From the NCBI GenBank assembly GCA_039029275.1, contig JBCCGL010000010.1:61-64060 (forward strand): a stretch of 64,000 nt of DNA, written 5' to 3'. Source of the stretch: Pseudomonadota bacterium (GTDB lineage Bacteria > Pseudomonadota > Gammaproteobacteria > JBCCGL01). The notes beneath the pieces are model-generated. The model saw only the letters and a program-made list of their open reading frames with translations. It had not been told where the DNA came from and searched no databases. The translations under genes and the position numbers were made by a program. Each line of letters starts with the position of its first letter. Position 1 is the stretch's first letter. This document shows positions 30,509 through 40,007 of the stretch, in pieces.

Positions 30509-30766
30509 ATGAGCAAACGTAACACCGCCGCAGCCGCGGCACTTGCAAGTCTGGTTGCTGTTGGCATGAGCACTGTCGCGACCAACGCAGCAGCAGCCGA
30601 GATGGAAAAATGCTACGGCGTTGTTAAAGCAGGCAATAATGACTGCCAGACTGCAACAAGCGCATGCGCAGGCACCTCAACCGCCGACGGCCAGAAAGAC
30701 GCGTGGTTGCTGGTACCCAAAGGGATGTGTGCACGCCTGGTTGGCGGTAACACCGAAGCAGGTTAA
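30509..30766 (+). CDS. bufA: DUF2282 bufferin-type RiPP precursor peptide (Sec signal + 4-Cys core)
   Basis: 85 aa, signal peptide, core 'EKCYGVVKAGNNDCQTATSACAG...KGMCARLVGG' with 4 Cys. Stop overlaps bufB start (TAATGATG). Confidence 0.8.
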   Translation: MSKRNTAAAAALASLVAVGMSTVATNAAAAEMEKCYGVVKAGNNDCQTATSACAGTSTADGQKDAWLLVPKGMCARLVGGNTEAG

Positions 30767-31641
30767 TGATGCAAAGCGGCTCATCAGCCACGTTTGTTTC
30801 GACGCCAATCCCGGCTGTTGCCGGGATTGGACTTCGCGGGCCGCACTATCAAGCGATTGTCGATCAAAAACCAGACGTAGGGTGGCTCGAGGCGCACACG
30901 GAAAATTACTTTGGTGACGGCGGCGCACCTTTGTTTTATCTCGAAAAATGTCGAGAGAATTATCCCTTGAGCTTTCACGGCGTCGGCCTGTCTCTGGGAA
31001 GCGTTGACCCGATAAATCTCGACCATCTAGCTAAGACCAAATCGTTGATCCAGCGTTTCCAACCCGGCTTGATTTCGGAGCACCTGAGCTGGGGCTCGAT
31101 TGATGGCGAGCATTTCAACGACCTTTTACCCATGCCTTACACTGAGGAGGCACTCGCACATTTTTGCGAGCGCGTCGATCAAACGCAGGAATTTTTGGGT
31201 TGCCAAATGCTGGTCGAAAACCCATCCAGCTATCTCAGCTTTTCGCACTCGACGATCCCGGAATGGGAATTTTTCGTTGAGATAGCCAAGCGTACCGGAT
31301 GCAGACTGGTAGTTGACGTAAACAATATTTTCGTCAGCGCGCAAAACCATAACTTTGATGCGGATGCCTACATCGATTTCATACCGCCGGATTTGGTCGG
31401 CGAAATCCATCTCGCTGGGCACGCCATCAACACCCACGACACAGTTAAGATTTTAATCGACGACCATGGCTCGGTCGTAAGCGATTCAGTCTGGACACTA
31501 TTTGTACGCGCAATTGGTCGCTTCGGTGCGAAACCGTCGCTGGTCGAGTGGGACAGCAATATACCGCCACTTGAAGAATTACTCGCAGAAGCACAAACCG
31601 CGCAAGGGATTCTGGATGAGTGTCGTGCCCTCGTTGCCTGA
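30766..31641 (+). CDS. bufB: DUF692/MNIO (multinuclear non-haem iron oxidase) peptide-modifying enzyme
   Basis: 291 aa. 'AVAGIGLRGPHY...WLEAHTENYF...SFHGVGLSLGS' matches the UPF0276/DUF692 TIM-barrel family. Confidence 0.85.
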   Translation: MMQSGSSATFVSTPIPAVAGIGLRGPHYQAIVDQKPDVGWLEAHTENYFGDGGAPLFYLEKCRENYPLSFHGVGLSLGSVDPINLDHLAKTKSLIQRFQPGLISEHLSWGSIDGEHFNDLLPMPYTEEALAHFCERVDQTQEFLGCQMLVENPSSYLSFSHSTIPEWEFFVEIAKRTGCRLVVDVNNIFVSAQNHNFDADAYIDFIPPDLVGEIHLAGHAINTHDTVKILIDDHGSVVSDSVWTLFVRAIGRFGAKPSLVEWDSNIPPLEELLAEAQTAQGILDECRALVA

Positions 31642-32407
31642 ACTGCAGCGTGCATTCTCTAATGACTTGCATGGTGAATCGGCATCGCAAACGGAACGGA
31701 TGATCAAGCCGGGAAAGTTTTCCTCCGAGCGACTCATTCAGGTTTACCGCAATAACTTTCAAATCAGTTTGACGACAGCGCTGCGTGATATTTACCCGAC
31801 CATTGACACGCTGGTTGGTGAAGGTTTTTTTAATTATTTGGCCAACGCGTATATTTCTGCACACCCCTCAAGGCACGGAAACCTGCATGAATTCGGGTCA
31901 TCACTGACCGAATTTTTGGGTCGTTTCGAGGCGGCTTCCAGCCTCCCCTACTTATCCGACGTCGCATCTGTCGACTGGGCAAGTCACCGCGCTTTCCATG
32001 CCGCGGACACGCAAGCAGTGTCACAGAAAAAGCTAGCCCAGATAGCGCCAACAGATTATCCCGCACTTAAATTCAAGTTAAGCGAATCCACGACCCTGAT
32101 TTCATCCGAATTCCCCACATTTTCAATCTGGCAGTTTGCGCAACGCGATAATCCAAATACCGAACCACCCGCAGTAGATGGCGGCGGGGAGTGCGTGCTT
32201 GTGCATCGTCCGCGTCTTGAATCCGAGGTCTTTCAAATCACGGGTACTGAATACCGCCTACTATTTGAATTGAAAAATGAACAAACGCTCGGTGCCGCAG
32301 TCGAACGGGCGGTCACCGAAGAAAGCAATAACATGGCTTTTGATTTGAACAACTCTCTGCAACGTTTTTTCGCGGCAGGCGTTGTTTCAGATGTCTGGCT
32401 AGATTGA
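31616..32407 (+). CDS. bufC: DUF2063 family MNIO partner protein
   Basis: Begins 'MSVVPSLPELQRAFSNDL...'. N-terminal DUF2063-like region. Overlaps the bufB 3' end by 26 nt. Start chosen at the internal ATG. Confidence 0.7.
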   Translation: MSVVPSLPELQRAFSNDLHGESASQTERMIKPGKFSSERLIQVYRNNFQISLTTALRDIYPTIDTLVGEGFFNYLANAYISAHPSRHGNLHEFGSSLTEFLGRFEAASSLPYLSDVASVDWASHRAFHAADTQAVSQKKLAQIAPTDYPALKFKLSESTTLISSEFPTFSIWQFAQRDNPNTEPPAVDGGGECVLVHRPRLESEVFQITGTEYRLLFELKNEQTLGAAVERAVTEESNNMAFDLNNSLQRFFAAGVVSDVWLD

Positions 32408-32495
32408 TTCGGGACCTGGCCAGGGAACGCGAGAAATAATCTGGCAACGTATCACTCCAACACCAAATGAAGACAACGAGAATGAGGAAAAAACA

Positions 32496-32948
32496 ATGGC
32501 GATAGTCACGCTCCTGAGAAATGTACTGAAGCCTTCCATCGGATGGTTGGCGCTGGCAACTCCGCTGATCGATCTGGTTCTGCGTCTGTATGTAGCGAAC
32601 ATATTCTGGAAATCGGGACAAACCAAAATTGCGAATATGGATCAGACAGTACAACTGTTTGAATACGTATATCAGGTACCGGTTTTGCCACCTGCGTTTG
32701 CGGCTTATCTTGCGACGTACGCGGAATTGATTTTCCCTATACTGCTGGTTTTAGGCCTCGCTACACGTTTCGCTGCGCTGTCGCTGACAATCCTGAATAT
32801 CGTTGCGGTTATTTCATTTCCAGACTTGAACGATGCCGGACTGCAACAACACATCGTCTGGGGAATCATGCTGCTTGTCACCTTGTTGCACGGTCCAGGC
32901 AAGCTCGCAGTGGACCACTGGATTCACAAGAAATACTGGGACGAGTAG
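32496..32948 (+). CDS. DoxX family membrane protein
   Basis: 150 aa, 4 TM helices, 'LRLYVANIFWKSG' DoxX signature. Confidence 0.8.
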   Translation: MAIVTLLRNVLKPSIGWLALATPLIDLVLRLYVANIFWKSGQTKIANMDQTVQLFEYVYQVPVLPPAFAAYLATYAELIFPILLVLGLATRFAALSLTILNIVAVISFPDLNDAGLQQHIVWGIMLLVTLLHGPGKLAVDHWIHKKYWDE

Positions 32949-32961
32949 ATTATTGGTTGAG

Positions 32962-32986
32962 CGGCGGGGGCGATTTGCGCCCGCCG
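32962..32986. terminator. imperfect GC hairpin between convergent DoxX and GDPD genes
   Basis: 'gcggcgggggcg-attt-gcgcccgccg' (about 9-bp stem with one bulge), followed by 'ttgttcaaa'. Confidence 0.35.
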
Positions 32987-32990
32987 TTGT

Positions 32991-33743
32991 TCAAACACCC
33001 TGAAGGCGTTCAGGAAAATCGCTAATCACGCATGCGACGCCCCACTCGAGCAATTCCTCAGCGCGATCTCGTTTATTCACCGTATACACCAGGACTGGAT
33101 AACCTTGCGCGTGTATTGCATCGACCTGGTGCTTTTGTAGCGGTTCGTCTTCAGCGTGAAGTGATACGGCACCAAATTCCTGCAATTTTCGTTGCCAGTT
33201 GTCAGGAACGTCTTCTACTAACCAGCCGCGCGAAAACTCGCCTGCCACTTCAGCGATTCTCTGCATTACTGATTCGTTAAAGCTCGACAACAACAGCGGC
33301 ATATTTCGCGGCCAGTGTTTTCGCAAAATATCAATGGTGTGGTCGACCGTTTCTTTTTCATTTCCGGTCTGCGATTTAATTTCCACGTTCACTCCCATGC
33401 CAAACTCGTCAAGCAGAGGAATAAGCTCACGAAACAAGGGAATTTTTTCTCCCAGGAACTGACCGGAAAAATGTGAGCCGGCGTCGAGCGTTTCAAGCAC
33501 CGAATAGTGGGTTGTTCGCAGCGCACCGCTCCCATTGGTGCACCGATCAAGCGTGTAGTCATGAAACACCACAATCTCGCCACTGCCGGCCAGGTTCACA
33601 TCAAGTTCGACAAATCTGACACCTAATTCCGCCGCACGCATGAATGACGCGATGGTATTTTCCGGTGCGGTACCTTTCGCACCGCGATGACCAGCCACAC
33701 GCGGCAGAGCCGAAAAATCAAAAGCCGGGAATTCGTTTAGCAA
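32991..33743 (-). CDS. glycerophosphodiester phosphodiesterase family protein
   Basis: 'HRGAKGTAPENT...VELDVNL...VVFHD' GDPD catalytic motifs. 250 aa. Confidence 0.85.
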   Translation of the reverse strand: MLNEFPAFDFSALPRVAGHRGAKGTAPENTIASFMRAAELGVRFVELDVNLAGSGEIVVFHDYTLDRCTNGSGALRTTHYSVLETLDAGSHFSGQFLGEKIPLFRELIPLLDEFGMGVNVEIKSQTGNEKETVDHTIDILRKHWPRNMPLLLSSFNESVMQRIAEVAGEFSRGWLVEDVPDNWQRKLQEFGAVSLHAEDEPLQKHQVDAIHAQGYPVLVYTVNKRDRAEELLEWGVACVISDFPERLQGV

Positions 33744-33758
33744 AACAGGAGATAAAAA

Positions 33759-34988
33759 CTAATACCAGAACGATATGAACGCGCGTAATACAGTGGCGTT
33801 GAAATCGTAAAGTGGTTCGCTGCCGGTTTCCGCCGGGCTGCTCGCATTCGTTGTTCCACGAATGTCTCGAAAATCGTCATACTGAAAATCAATAAAGTCG
33901 ATGTGCACGTCGACAGCACCGCGGTCGGCAAACCCCCAGCCGCTCTCGAGCAGGTCATAACTAAATCCGAATCCAATTGTATTTGAACTAAATGTGCTCA
34001 ACTCCTTGTCTCGCGCGAGAAAATTTTGCGCGTCCTGAAAAGGGAACAAATCGCTGTAGAAATCTGCTTTGGTTTGCTGATAGTGACGAAAACGAAAGTC
34101 CAAAACCCAGCCGCCATCCAATGGCACGAGGTAGCCAACGTCCACAGACTGTCCGGTTATATCCCAATCATCGTTAAAAAATCGATAGCCCAATTTTATC
34201 GATGCCCGGTGTTCCAGATAATAGAGTGATTGAACTCCCAACGCGTTACTGGTTCGCGTGTTTGGATAAGCTTCTTCCTGAAAGCTGTAACCGCGGGGAA
34301 CACTTGGATCGACAAACCGTACCTGTCGATAGGGATTATTCAAAAAGCCTTCGTCGGTTATAGATTCCAAATTGGCGTTAACGATCCAGTTCTTGGTCAA
34401 AATTTGCGAAAATCCTAAGCGAAAATTCTGCCGCTCAACTTCGCCAACCTTGGTGTCCAGTCTCGACACCTCATCATCGCCCTGCGCGTACCCAAGCGTG
34501 AGCGTGCTGAGTGCACCAAAAAACTCCTGCGTTATGCTGAAGTGTAAAGTGTTGGCGCTGAAGTCACTTTCTTCGCTATTGGTAAAACCACCACTTAACG
34601 TTGTGCGGTCATCGAGATAGTCAAATGAAACTGATTGCTCGGTGCGTTCTTCAGTATATGAACTCGCGGTTGTCACAACGTCTATCGACGCGCTGGTCAC
34701 CGAGTCAACGTAGTAATTGCCGCTGACTGAAACGTTGGATCCGAGTTGTTTACGCACCAGCACCGACGGGCCAGCGATAGTGACGCCGCCGCCATCATAG
34801 CTGTGATAGAGAACGTCGGCACGATCTTCGGGCAGAATCGCTGCAAATGCAGCAGATGTGGTCAGCGCAAACGCAAAGATCACGCTGAGTTGAATCACGC
34901 GTCTGAGAAAAGCGGCCACGCTCCGTAAAACCGGTTGCGCGCCCACACGTGCAAGGCGGTCATCAGCAAAGCGAGAGAGGTTACGCAA
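33759..34988 (-). CDS. DUF3570-like outer-membrane beta-barrel protein
   Basis: Signal peptide, 409 aa, amphipathic beta-strands, C-terminal 'RAFISFWY' aromatic terminus. Immediately downstream of a DUF4266 gene. Confidence 0.6.
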   Translation of the reverse strand: MRNLSRFADDRLARVGAQPVLRSVAAFLRRVIQLSVIFAFALTTSAAFAAILPEDRADVLYHSYDGGGVTIAGPSVLVRKQLGSNVSVSGNYYVDSVTSASIDVVTTASSYTEERTEQSVSFDYLDDRTTLSGGFTNSEESDFSANTLHFSITQEFFGALSTLTLGYAQGDDEVSRLDTKVGEVERQNFRLGFSQILTKNWIVNANLESITDEGFLNNPYRQVRFVDPSVPRGYSFQEEAYPNTRTSNALGVQSLYYLEHRASIKLGYRFFNDDWDITGQSVDVGYLVPLDGGWVLDFRFRHYQQTKADFYSDLFPFQDAQNFLARDKELSTFSSNTIGFGFSYDLLESGWGFADRGAVDVHIDFIDFQYDDFRDIRGTTNASSPAETGSEPLYDFNATVLRAFISFWY

Positions 34989-35048
34989 GATAGATGACCG
35001 TGATTAGTCGATTTTTAACACTGCAATAGCGCGTGAGCAAGTTTGTCG

Positions 35049-35267
35049 CTAATTGCACCCGCACCCACCGCCGGTTCCACCCTCAGCGCCACGTGCACCT
35101 TCGCGCGATTGATAAACGTGGTGCATATAGGAATCAGAAGCCGCAGCCCGAGAAAACTGCATGATCGGGTCAGAGAGGTTTGCGCGCTCATAAGGCGCAA
35201 CCCACGGCTCGAGCGAGCTGCACGCTCCGAGCGACAAAAACGATATTGCAAAAAGTAAGCGATGCAT
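35049..35267 (-). CDS. DUF4266 family small lipoprotein
   Basis: 72 aa, lipobox 'LSLGACSS', C-terminal 'GGTGGGCGCN' hallmark of DUF4266. Confidence 0.7.
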   Translation of the reverse strand: MHRLLFAISFLSLGACSSLEPWVAPYERANLSDPIMQFSRAAASDSYMHHVYQSREGARGAEGGTGGGCGCN

Positions 35268-35269
35268 AA

Positions 35270-35782
35270 CTATTCGCGCAGAAGTTTGCGCACTTGTTCC
35301 TCATATTTCACTTCGTAGCCTGGTTTGTATCCTTTATGCAGGTAACGCATATTGCCGTCACGATCGACCAGAATTGTCGTCGGCATTGCCTGTACCTGGT
35401 ACAGCTGACTCACCAGGTTTTGATCGTCGAATAAGATTGGAAACGTCACCGGTGTCGATTTCAGCATATTTTTCGCAGGCTTTGTATCCTGTTCAACGTT
35501 TACACCAAGAACCGTAAACCCCAGCGGTTTAAACTGTTGATACATTGCGTCCAATAGCGGCATTTCCTGTCGGCATGGACCGCACCACGATGCCCAGAAA
35601 TTGATCATGACAACCTGTCCACGCTGCTCCCCCAGGCGCAGGTTGATACCGTCATTACTCCGCAAACTAAAATCGGGAGACGGGCTATTCAGCTCAATAG
35701 CGTAAGCCGTTGACGTTAAACAAAGCACCAAAGCAATCAGGCCAAGGCACTTGCGGAAGTAATATGTGTAAACTTTGTGCAT
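35270..35782 (-). CDS. TlpA-like periplasmic thiol:disulfide oxidoreductase
   Basis: 'FWASWCGPCRQEMP' thioredoxin CxxC. Signal peptide from the internal Met (MHKVYTYYFRKCLGLIALVL). Start trimmed from 35878. Confidence 0.8.
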   Translation of the reverse strand: MHKVYTYYFRKCLGLIALVLCLTSTAYAIELNSPSPDFSLRSNDGINLRLGEQRGQVVMINFWASWCGPCRQEMPLLDAMYQQFKPLGFTVLGVNVEQDTKPAKNMLKSTPVTFPILFDDQNLVSQLYQVQAMPTTILVDRDGNMRYLHKGYKPGYEVKYEEQVRKLLRE

Positions 35783-35795
35783 GGTGTCTTCTCTT

Positions 35796-36449
35796 TTAAA
35801 AAAACAGCGACGCGCCGATCGAAAGTTCCAAATTGTGGGCCGTTTTACTCTCGCCCAGTAAATCGAGGTCAAATACATGATCTCGAAAATCGATGTGGAA
35901 GGCGAAAGAATCGTTAATCAAAAACCGATATCCGCTGCCGAAATTAAATGTAAACAGACTGTCACCGGCAAACTCGGTGCTTCCCGCCCCAGCGATTACG
36001 TAGACTGCTGTATTGAACGCATAGTCATCACCGATAAACGTTTCACCCAACAGGTTGTAACCGACAGAAATATTATAGAACGTGTAATCGCGTTGATCAT
36101 CGGTGAGGAGTTGAATGTCCCCGTTTAACCGCTCAAAGGTTGTTTCGTTCGCCGTGGACGTGCCGACCGTGCCTTCGACAAACAGATTTTCGGATAAATG
36201 ATATGCAATCTTTCCACCTGCTACGCTGCTAACGCCGAAATCTTCGATACTGATGAAGCCAGCGAATGCAGTCACCTCAAGATTTTCTGTATCGATTGCC
36301 GCCTCGTCGATTGTGCGTCTTTCAACACTCTGCTCGACCACCTGCCCGAGACTGTCCTCAGTATCAACTGAGCCATCGAGATCATGGTTATCAGCAAGCG
36401 CCGGGGCGGATAAGCCAAATACCAGAATGAACGCCAAATAAATACGCAT
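35796..36449 (-). CDS. small outer-membrane beta-barrel protein
   Basis: Signal peptide 'MRIYLAFILVFGLSAPALA', OmpA-like beta-barrel pattern, C-terminal 'IGASLFF'. Start overlaps the upstream stop (ATGA). Confidence 0.6.
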   Translation of the reverse strand: MRIYLAFILVFGLSAPALADNHDLDGSVDTEDSLGQVVEQSVERRTIDEAAIDTENLEVTAFAGFISIEDFGVSSVAGGKIAYHLSENLFVEGTVGTSTANETTFERLNGDIQLLTDDQRDYTFYNISVGYNLLGETFIGDDYAFNTAVYVIAGAGSTEFAGDSLFTFNFGSGYRFLINDSFAFHIDFRDHVFDLDLLGESKTAHNLELSIGASLFF

Positions 36450-37201
36450 TAGAAAAATACCGACACGCCGAGTTTCCACTGTTTAACCTTGTCGTTGTCG
36501 TCTCGACTCGTGATGATCGTCATTTGATCGTACTCAAAGCGCAACACAAATCGTTTACCAAGAAATCGTCTAACCCCGATACCCGCGCGCAAAAACTGGT
36601 CACTGCGATCTTCCGATGCGACGAGTGTTGCATCGGGCTCGGTTTGAATCACACCAGAACCCAGCGAGAAGAAAGGCGAGTAAGTCCATTCGGGAAACGG
36701 TTGATTGACGCCGTTAAAACTAAAAAAAATGCTGTTTGAAACGTCACCTAAAGCATGCGAAAGCGAAGCTTCCGCTGAGAGATTGGGGGTAAAGTGATAC
36801 GCGGCGTAGGTGGAGATTACAGCCGCACCGCCAAAATCGCCTCCCATCACACCGCCTTCCCAACGACGCTGATTGAAATCATCCTGTGTGAGTTCTGCTA
36901 GCTGCACGTCGCTGCCGTCGAGGTTGAGCGTGCGTGCAATTTGCTCCCTGGATACCCACCCTTCAACACCTCGCGCGGTTCGAATTTTGAACCAGTCATG
37001 TCGTCGCAAAAGAAGTTCGATCTCTTCACCTCGATCAACCACATGGAAAATCGGGAATGCACTGCCCGCACCGGTGTGCATCTCGACGAACGGATCGGCG
37101 ACCTGCACGCGCTGAAAGGATTCTTCTTCGGCGCCCACTGCTTGCGACAAAACCAGTAGCGCGCACAGCATGCCGCGCTGCAAACAACGCCAGATTCTCA
37201 C
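36449..37201 (-). CDS. SH3b-domain + beta-barrel envelope protein
   Basis: Signal peptide. SH3-like 'VEGWVSREQIARTL'. C-terminal barrel ending 'WKLGVSVFF'. Confidence 0.55.
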   Translation of the reverse strand: MRIWRCLQRGMLCALLVLSQAVGAEEESFQRVQVADPFVEMHTGAGSAFPIFHVVDRGEEIELLLRRHDWFKIRTARGVEGWVSREQIARTLNLDGSDVQLAELTQDDFNQRRWEGGVMGGDFGGAAVISTYAAYHFTPNLSAEASLSHALGDVSNSIFFSFNGVNQPFPEWTYSPFFSLGSGVIQTEPDATLVASEDRSDQFLRAGIGVRRFLGKRFVLRFEYDQMTIITSRDDNDKVKQWKLGVSVFF

Positions 37202-37385
37202 TGCTGTTGAGCCTGTTCATGGTTCATGGCTTATGAATAATGGCGACAGACAATTTCACTCTCTCGGGCCAGACAAATTTGAGCGCACTCAATACCTTAC
37301 ATTCTAGCGTGGTTTTGAGAAATCATTACCACTCATCACGTCGCTTCGTCTGCTGAATTGCGCGTTCTTCCGCTTTTACGCTCGA

Positions 37386-40007
37386 TTAATTGGTCGGCGC
37401 ATCAAACGGATTGTTGTAGTACTGCGCCCCTATATCGAGCCACTCGGCGATCAGGCGCAGTTCTTCTGGGTCCAATCGGCCGTCGTGCGTACCGCCGGGA
37501 TCGAACACAGAAAAGAAGTTACTTTGCGCGGCACCGGCCCCGGACATGGAAGGTCCAGGGGTCGCCGTCACGGGCTGAAGGATTGGGTTGCCGTCATCGT
37601 CCAAACCAACTTCGATAATCAAATCGATGAGTTCGGTGGTGTCGCCGTCACCATCGCTGTCGTCGACATCGATCACCTGCTGGATATCGGCAAAAAACAG
37701 TTCGCGGTACGCTTTAAAACGATCTTCGTTGTCGTTCGGGCCATCATCGGTCAGATCTAACTGCGCGTCCGGCACGCGAGGGGCGTTCGCGTTGGCGACA
37801 TCGACAATCGTGTGGCATGCGGTGCAGGTGTCGTCCGGATCCGGGCGAGTCAAATCCCACATCGGGTGAATATGCGTTTCGTAATGAATCACGACGCGAC
37901 AACGGTTGCTCCACTCGGGCTCGCAGTTAAGCGCAGGCGACGGTGTGGTTAATCCGGCGTAGCGTAAAAAGAGATCGGCATCTGGCGTGCGCACGAGAGG
38001 ATCGGTCCAAACGTCTGTGTATTCGATGTCTGCGGATGGCGTTGTCGCTGCGCAATCGACAGTGCAATCTGCGAACCCACTGTGACGCGCGCGGGTTTGC
38101 GCCATCGTTTCGCCTGCATCGGTCCACAGGCGTGCGACGGTGTTCGGAAACGGCTGACCGGTCAGCTGCGATCCCTGATTGATCGATACAAACTCGGCAC
38201 CCATTCGACCATGGCTTGCTTCGCTATCCGCAGTATGGCAACCATTGCAGGTGCGTGTTTCACCCGGTCGAAGTTGAATCCAATTCTGGTGTCGACCACC
38301 AATTCTTCTTCCGTTGGCATCCAGAACGCTCACCGTAAAAGAGACGTCTGCTGGCACTTTTACGCGAACAGATCCATCCGGCTCGATCGGCGCGTAGCCG
38401 ACTATCTCTCGCATAAGCTGATTAATCTGCGGGCCGAATGCACTGTTGTTGAAATCCTGCACGTCGTCATCCGGAATTGACACCGCTTTGGTTAAGCGTA
38501 AAAACCGCGCGGGACGCTCGGCTGCCAGCGTCTGCGCGGGGTCGGCTAAAACACCGATTCCGTTTGTAGATGTATCGACACCGTCAAAATCGTAGACACT
38601 GCGGATATCCAGAATCGCGACCCCTTCATCGGCTAGTGTGGCATCAAGATCAATACCGGGCAGTTTGTCAATTAAAGCCGTGGGCCGCGTGCGTGGGTGC
38701 GCGGCTACCACGTCGGTGTAAACAATGTTTTCCTCGGGCAACACAACCGGCAACTGCGTGTCCGATCCCACATCGCGAATCCAAACGCCATACAACGGAT
38801 TGGCTTCGACTACATCCTCGATTGCAAGATTGTCAGTTGTGCAAGCGACAATGACTTCGTCAACCAGCAAGCGGCACGGCGACCAACTCGTCATCATTCG
38901 GTCAGTGCCATCCCACAGCGGGTAAACACTGCTGAAGCGACCACCAGTGGACGGCTCATCATCAGTGCGCACGTTAACGCCCGCCGCATTTGTGTGAGCG
39001 CTTTGCACAACAGTGCCGATTCCTATTTGCTCAAATTCGTCAGTGTAGATTGCAGCGTCGATCAAGATTGGCGAGGCATCGTAACGATCATTCGTGAACG
39101 GTCGAATCAAACTTAAAACCTGCCCGCTCGGCGCTTCGCGCGCATCGGTAAATTGAACAGTCTCACCGTCGGTGCCGATCTCGTGGCTGTGGCGCCCATA
39201 AAACAGGGACAACTCGGTGCCATCCGGGCGAATTGTATAAAGGTGCATTGCGTTACGGGCACCCGCGGCGTCCCAACGCGTAAACAAAATGTACCCGGAA
39301 GATAAAACGGAGGGATCCAAGTCGTGACTTTGATTAAATGTGATTTGCCGAATTTCGGAACCGTCTTCGTTCATCACGTGCAAGGCGAAGGCCTCTTCAC
39401 GACGCTCTTCGTCCAGCGTTGTGAACTGGGGTTTGTTTTCATCCAGCAAAATTGCTCGGGCACGCTCCTGCCGCGTTGACGCAAAAACTATTCGACCATC
39501 AGGCAAATAATGAGGCGCGACATCCTGCCCTTCTTCCGCCACGATGTCGCTGGTAATTATCCTGCGCAGCGTTGCGCTGGAAATTTCGTATTCCCAAATA
39601 TTCCAAGTGGGTTGTTCATCTTCGTCGGCATTTTCAATTTCCGGCGCGCGCATTGCGAAAACAATTTTTTCGCCATCGTACGAAGCTTCAATGTCCTTTA
39701 CATCGTAAAGTTCGCCCGCTTCAAATACGCCAATGGTAATTGCACGCTCGTCTGCACTCGGTGATGCACGATCCCGAACGTACAATACGGCGCCGGGAAA
39801 AAAGTCGGCTGGGCTTCGGATGTCAGACGTTTCGCGTTCACCGTCGTCATCAAGCGGCAACGGACGTTTAACGTAAGCGAGTGGAAAATCCTGCAAGACC
39901 GGGTCGGGTTCCTGGCCACTACCGCCAATACTGCCACCACCGCACGCTTGTAAAAACATGACGGCAACAAGTGACAAAATTGTTATAAAACGCCGCAAAA
40001 AAATCAT
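37386..40007 (-). CDS. lipoprotein with TolB-like beta-propeller and C-terminal di-haem (2x CxxCH) domain
   Basis: Lipobox 'FLQACGGGS'. PD40-like propeller repeats (YLPDGRIVFAS, LYTIRPDGTE). Haem motifs 'TCNGCHT' and 'TCTACHT' near the C-terminus. 873 aa. Confidence 0.7.
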   Translation of the reverse strand: MIFLRRFITILSLVAVMFLQACGGGSIGGSGQEPDPVLQDFPLAYVKRPLPLDDDGERETSDIRSPADFFPGAVLYVRDRASPSADERAITIGVFEAGELYDVKDIEASYDGEKIVFAMRAPEIENADEDEQPTWNIWEYEISSATLRRIITSDIVAEEGQDVAPHYLPDGRIVFASTRQERARAILLDENKPQFTTLDEERREEAFALHVMNEDGSEIRQITFNQSHDLDPSVLSSGYILFTRWDAAGARNAMHLYTIRPDGTELSLFYGRHSHEIGTDGETVQFTDAREAPSGQVLSLIRPFTNDRYDASPILIDAAIYTDEFEQIGIGTVVQSAHTNAAGVNVRTDDEPSTGGRFSSVYPLWDGTDRMMTSWSPCRLLVDEVIVACTTDNLAIEDVVEANPLYGVWIRDVGSDTQLPVVLPEENIVYTDVVAAHPRTRPTALIDKLPGIDLDATLADEGVAILDIRSVYDFDGVDTSTNGIGVLADPAQTLAAERPARFLRLTKAVSIPDDDVQDFNNSAFGPQINQLMREIVGYAPIEPDGSVRVKVPADVSFTVSVLDANGRRIGGRHQNWIQLRPGETRTCNGCHTADSEASHGRMGAEFVSINQGSQLTGQPFPNTVARLWTDAGETMAQTRARHSGFADCTVDCAATTPSADIEYTDVWTDPLVRTPDADLFLRYAGLTTPSPALNCEPEWSNRCRVVIHYETHIHPMWDLTRPDPDDTCTACHTIVDVANANAPRVPDAQLDLTDDGPNDNEDRFKAYRELFFADIQQVIDVDDSDGDGDTTELIDLIIEVGLDDDGNPILQPVTATPGPSMSGAGAAQSNFFSVFDPGGTHDGRLDPEELRLIAEWLDIGAQYYNNPFDAPTN

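Noticed and set aside
31502-31615. Upstream portion of the DUF2063 ORF overlapping the bufB 3' end by 140 nt
   Set aside because: The internal ATG at 31616 gives a 26-nt overlap typical of coupled bufB/bufC genes. The longer overlap is unlikely.
30509-32948. Treating the DUF2282-MNIO-DUF2063-DoxX operon as an entirely novel system
   Set aside because: The architecture matches the recently described bufferin family. It is reported as a finding but is not claimed as undescribed.
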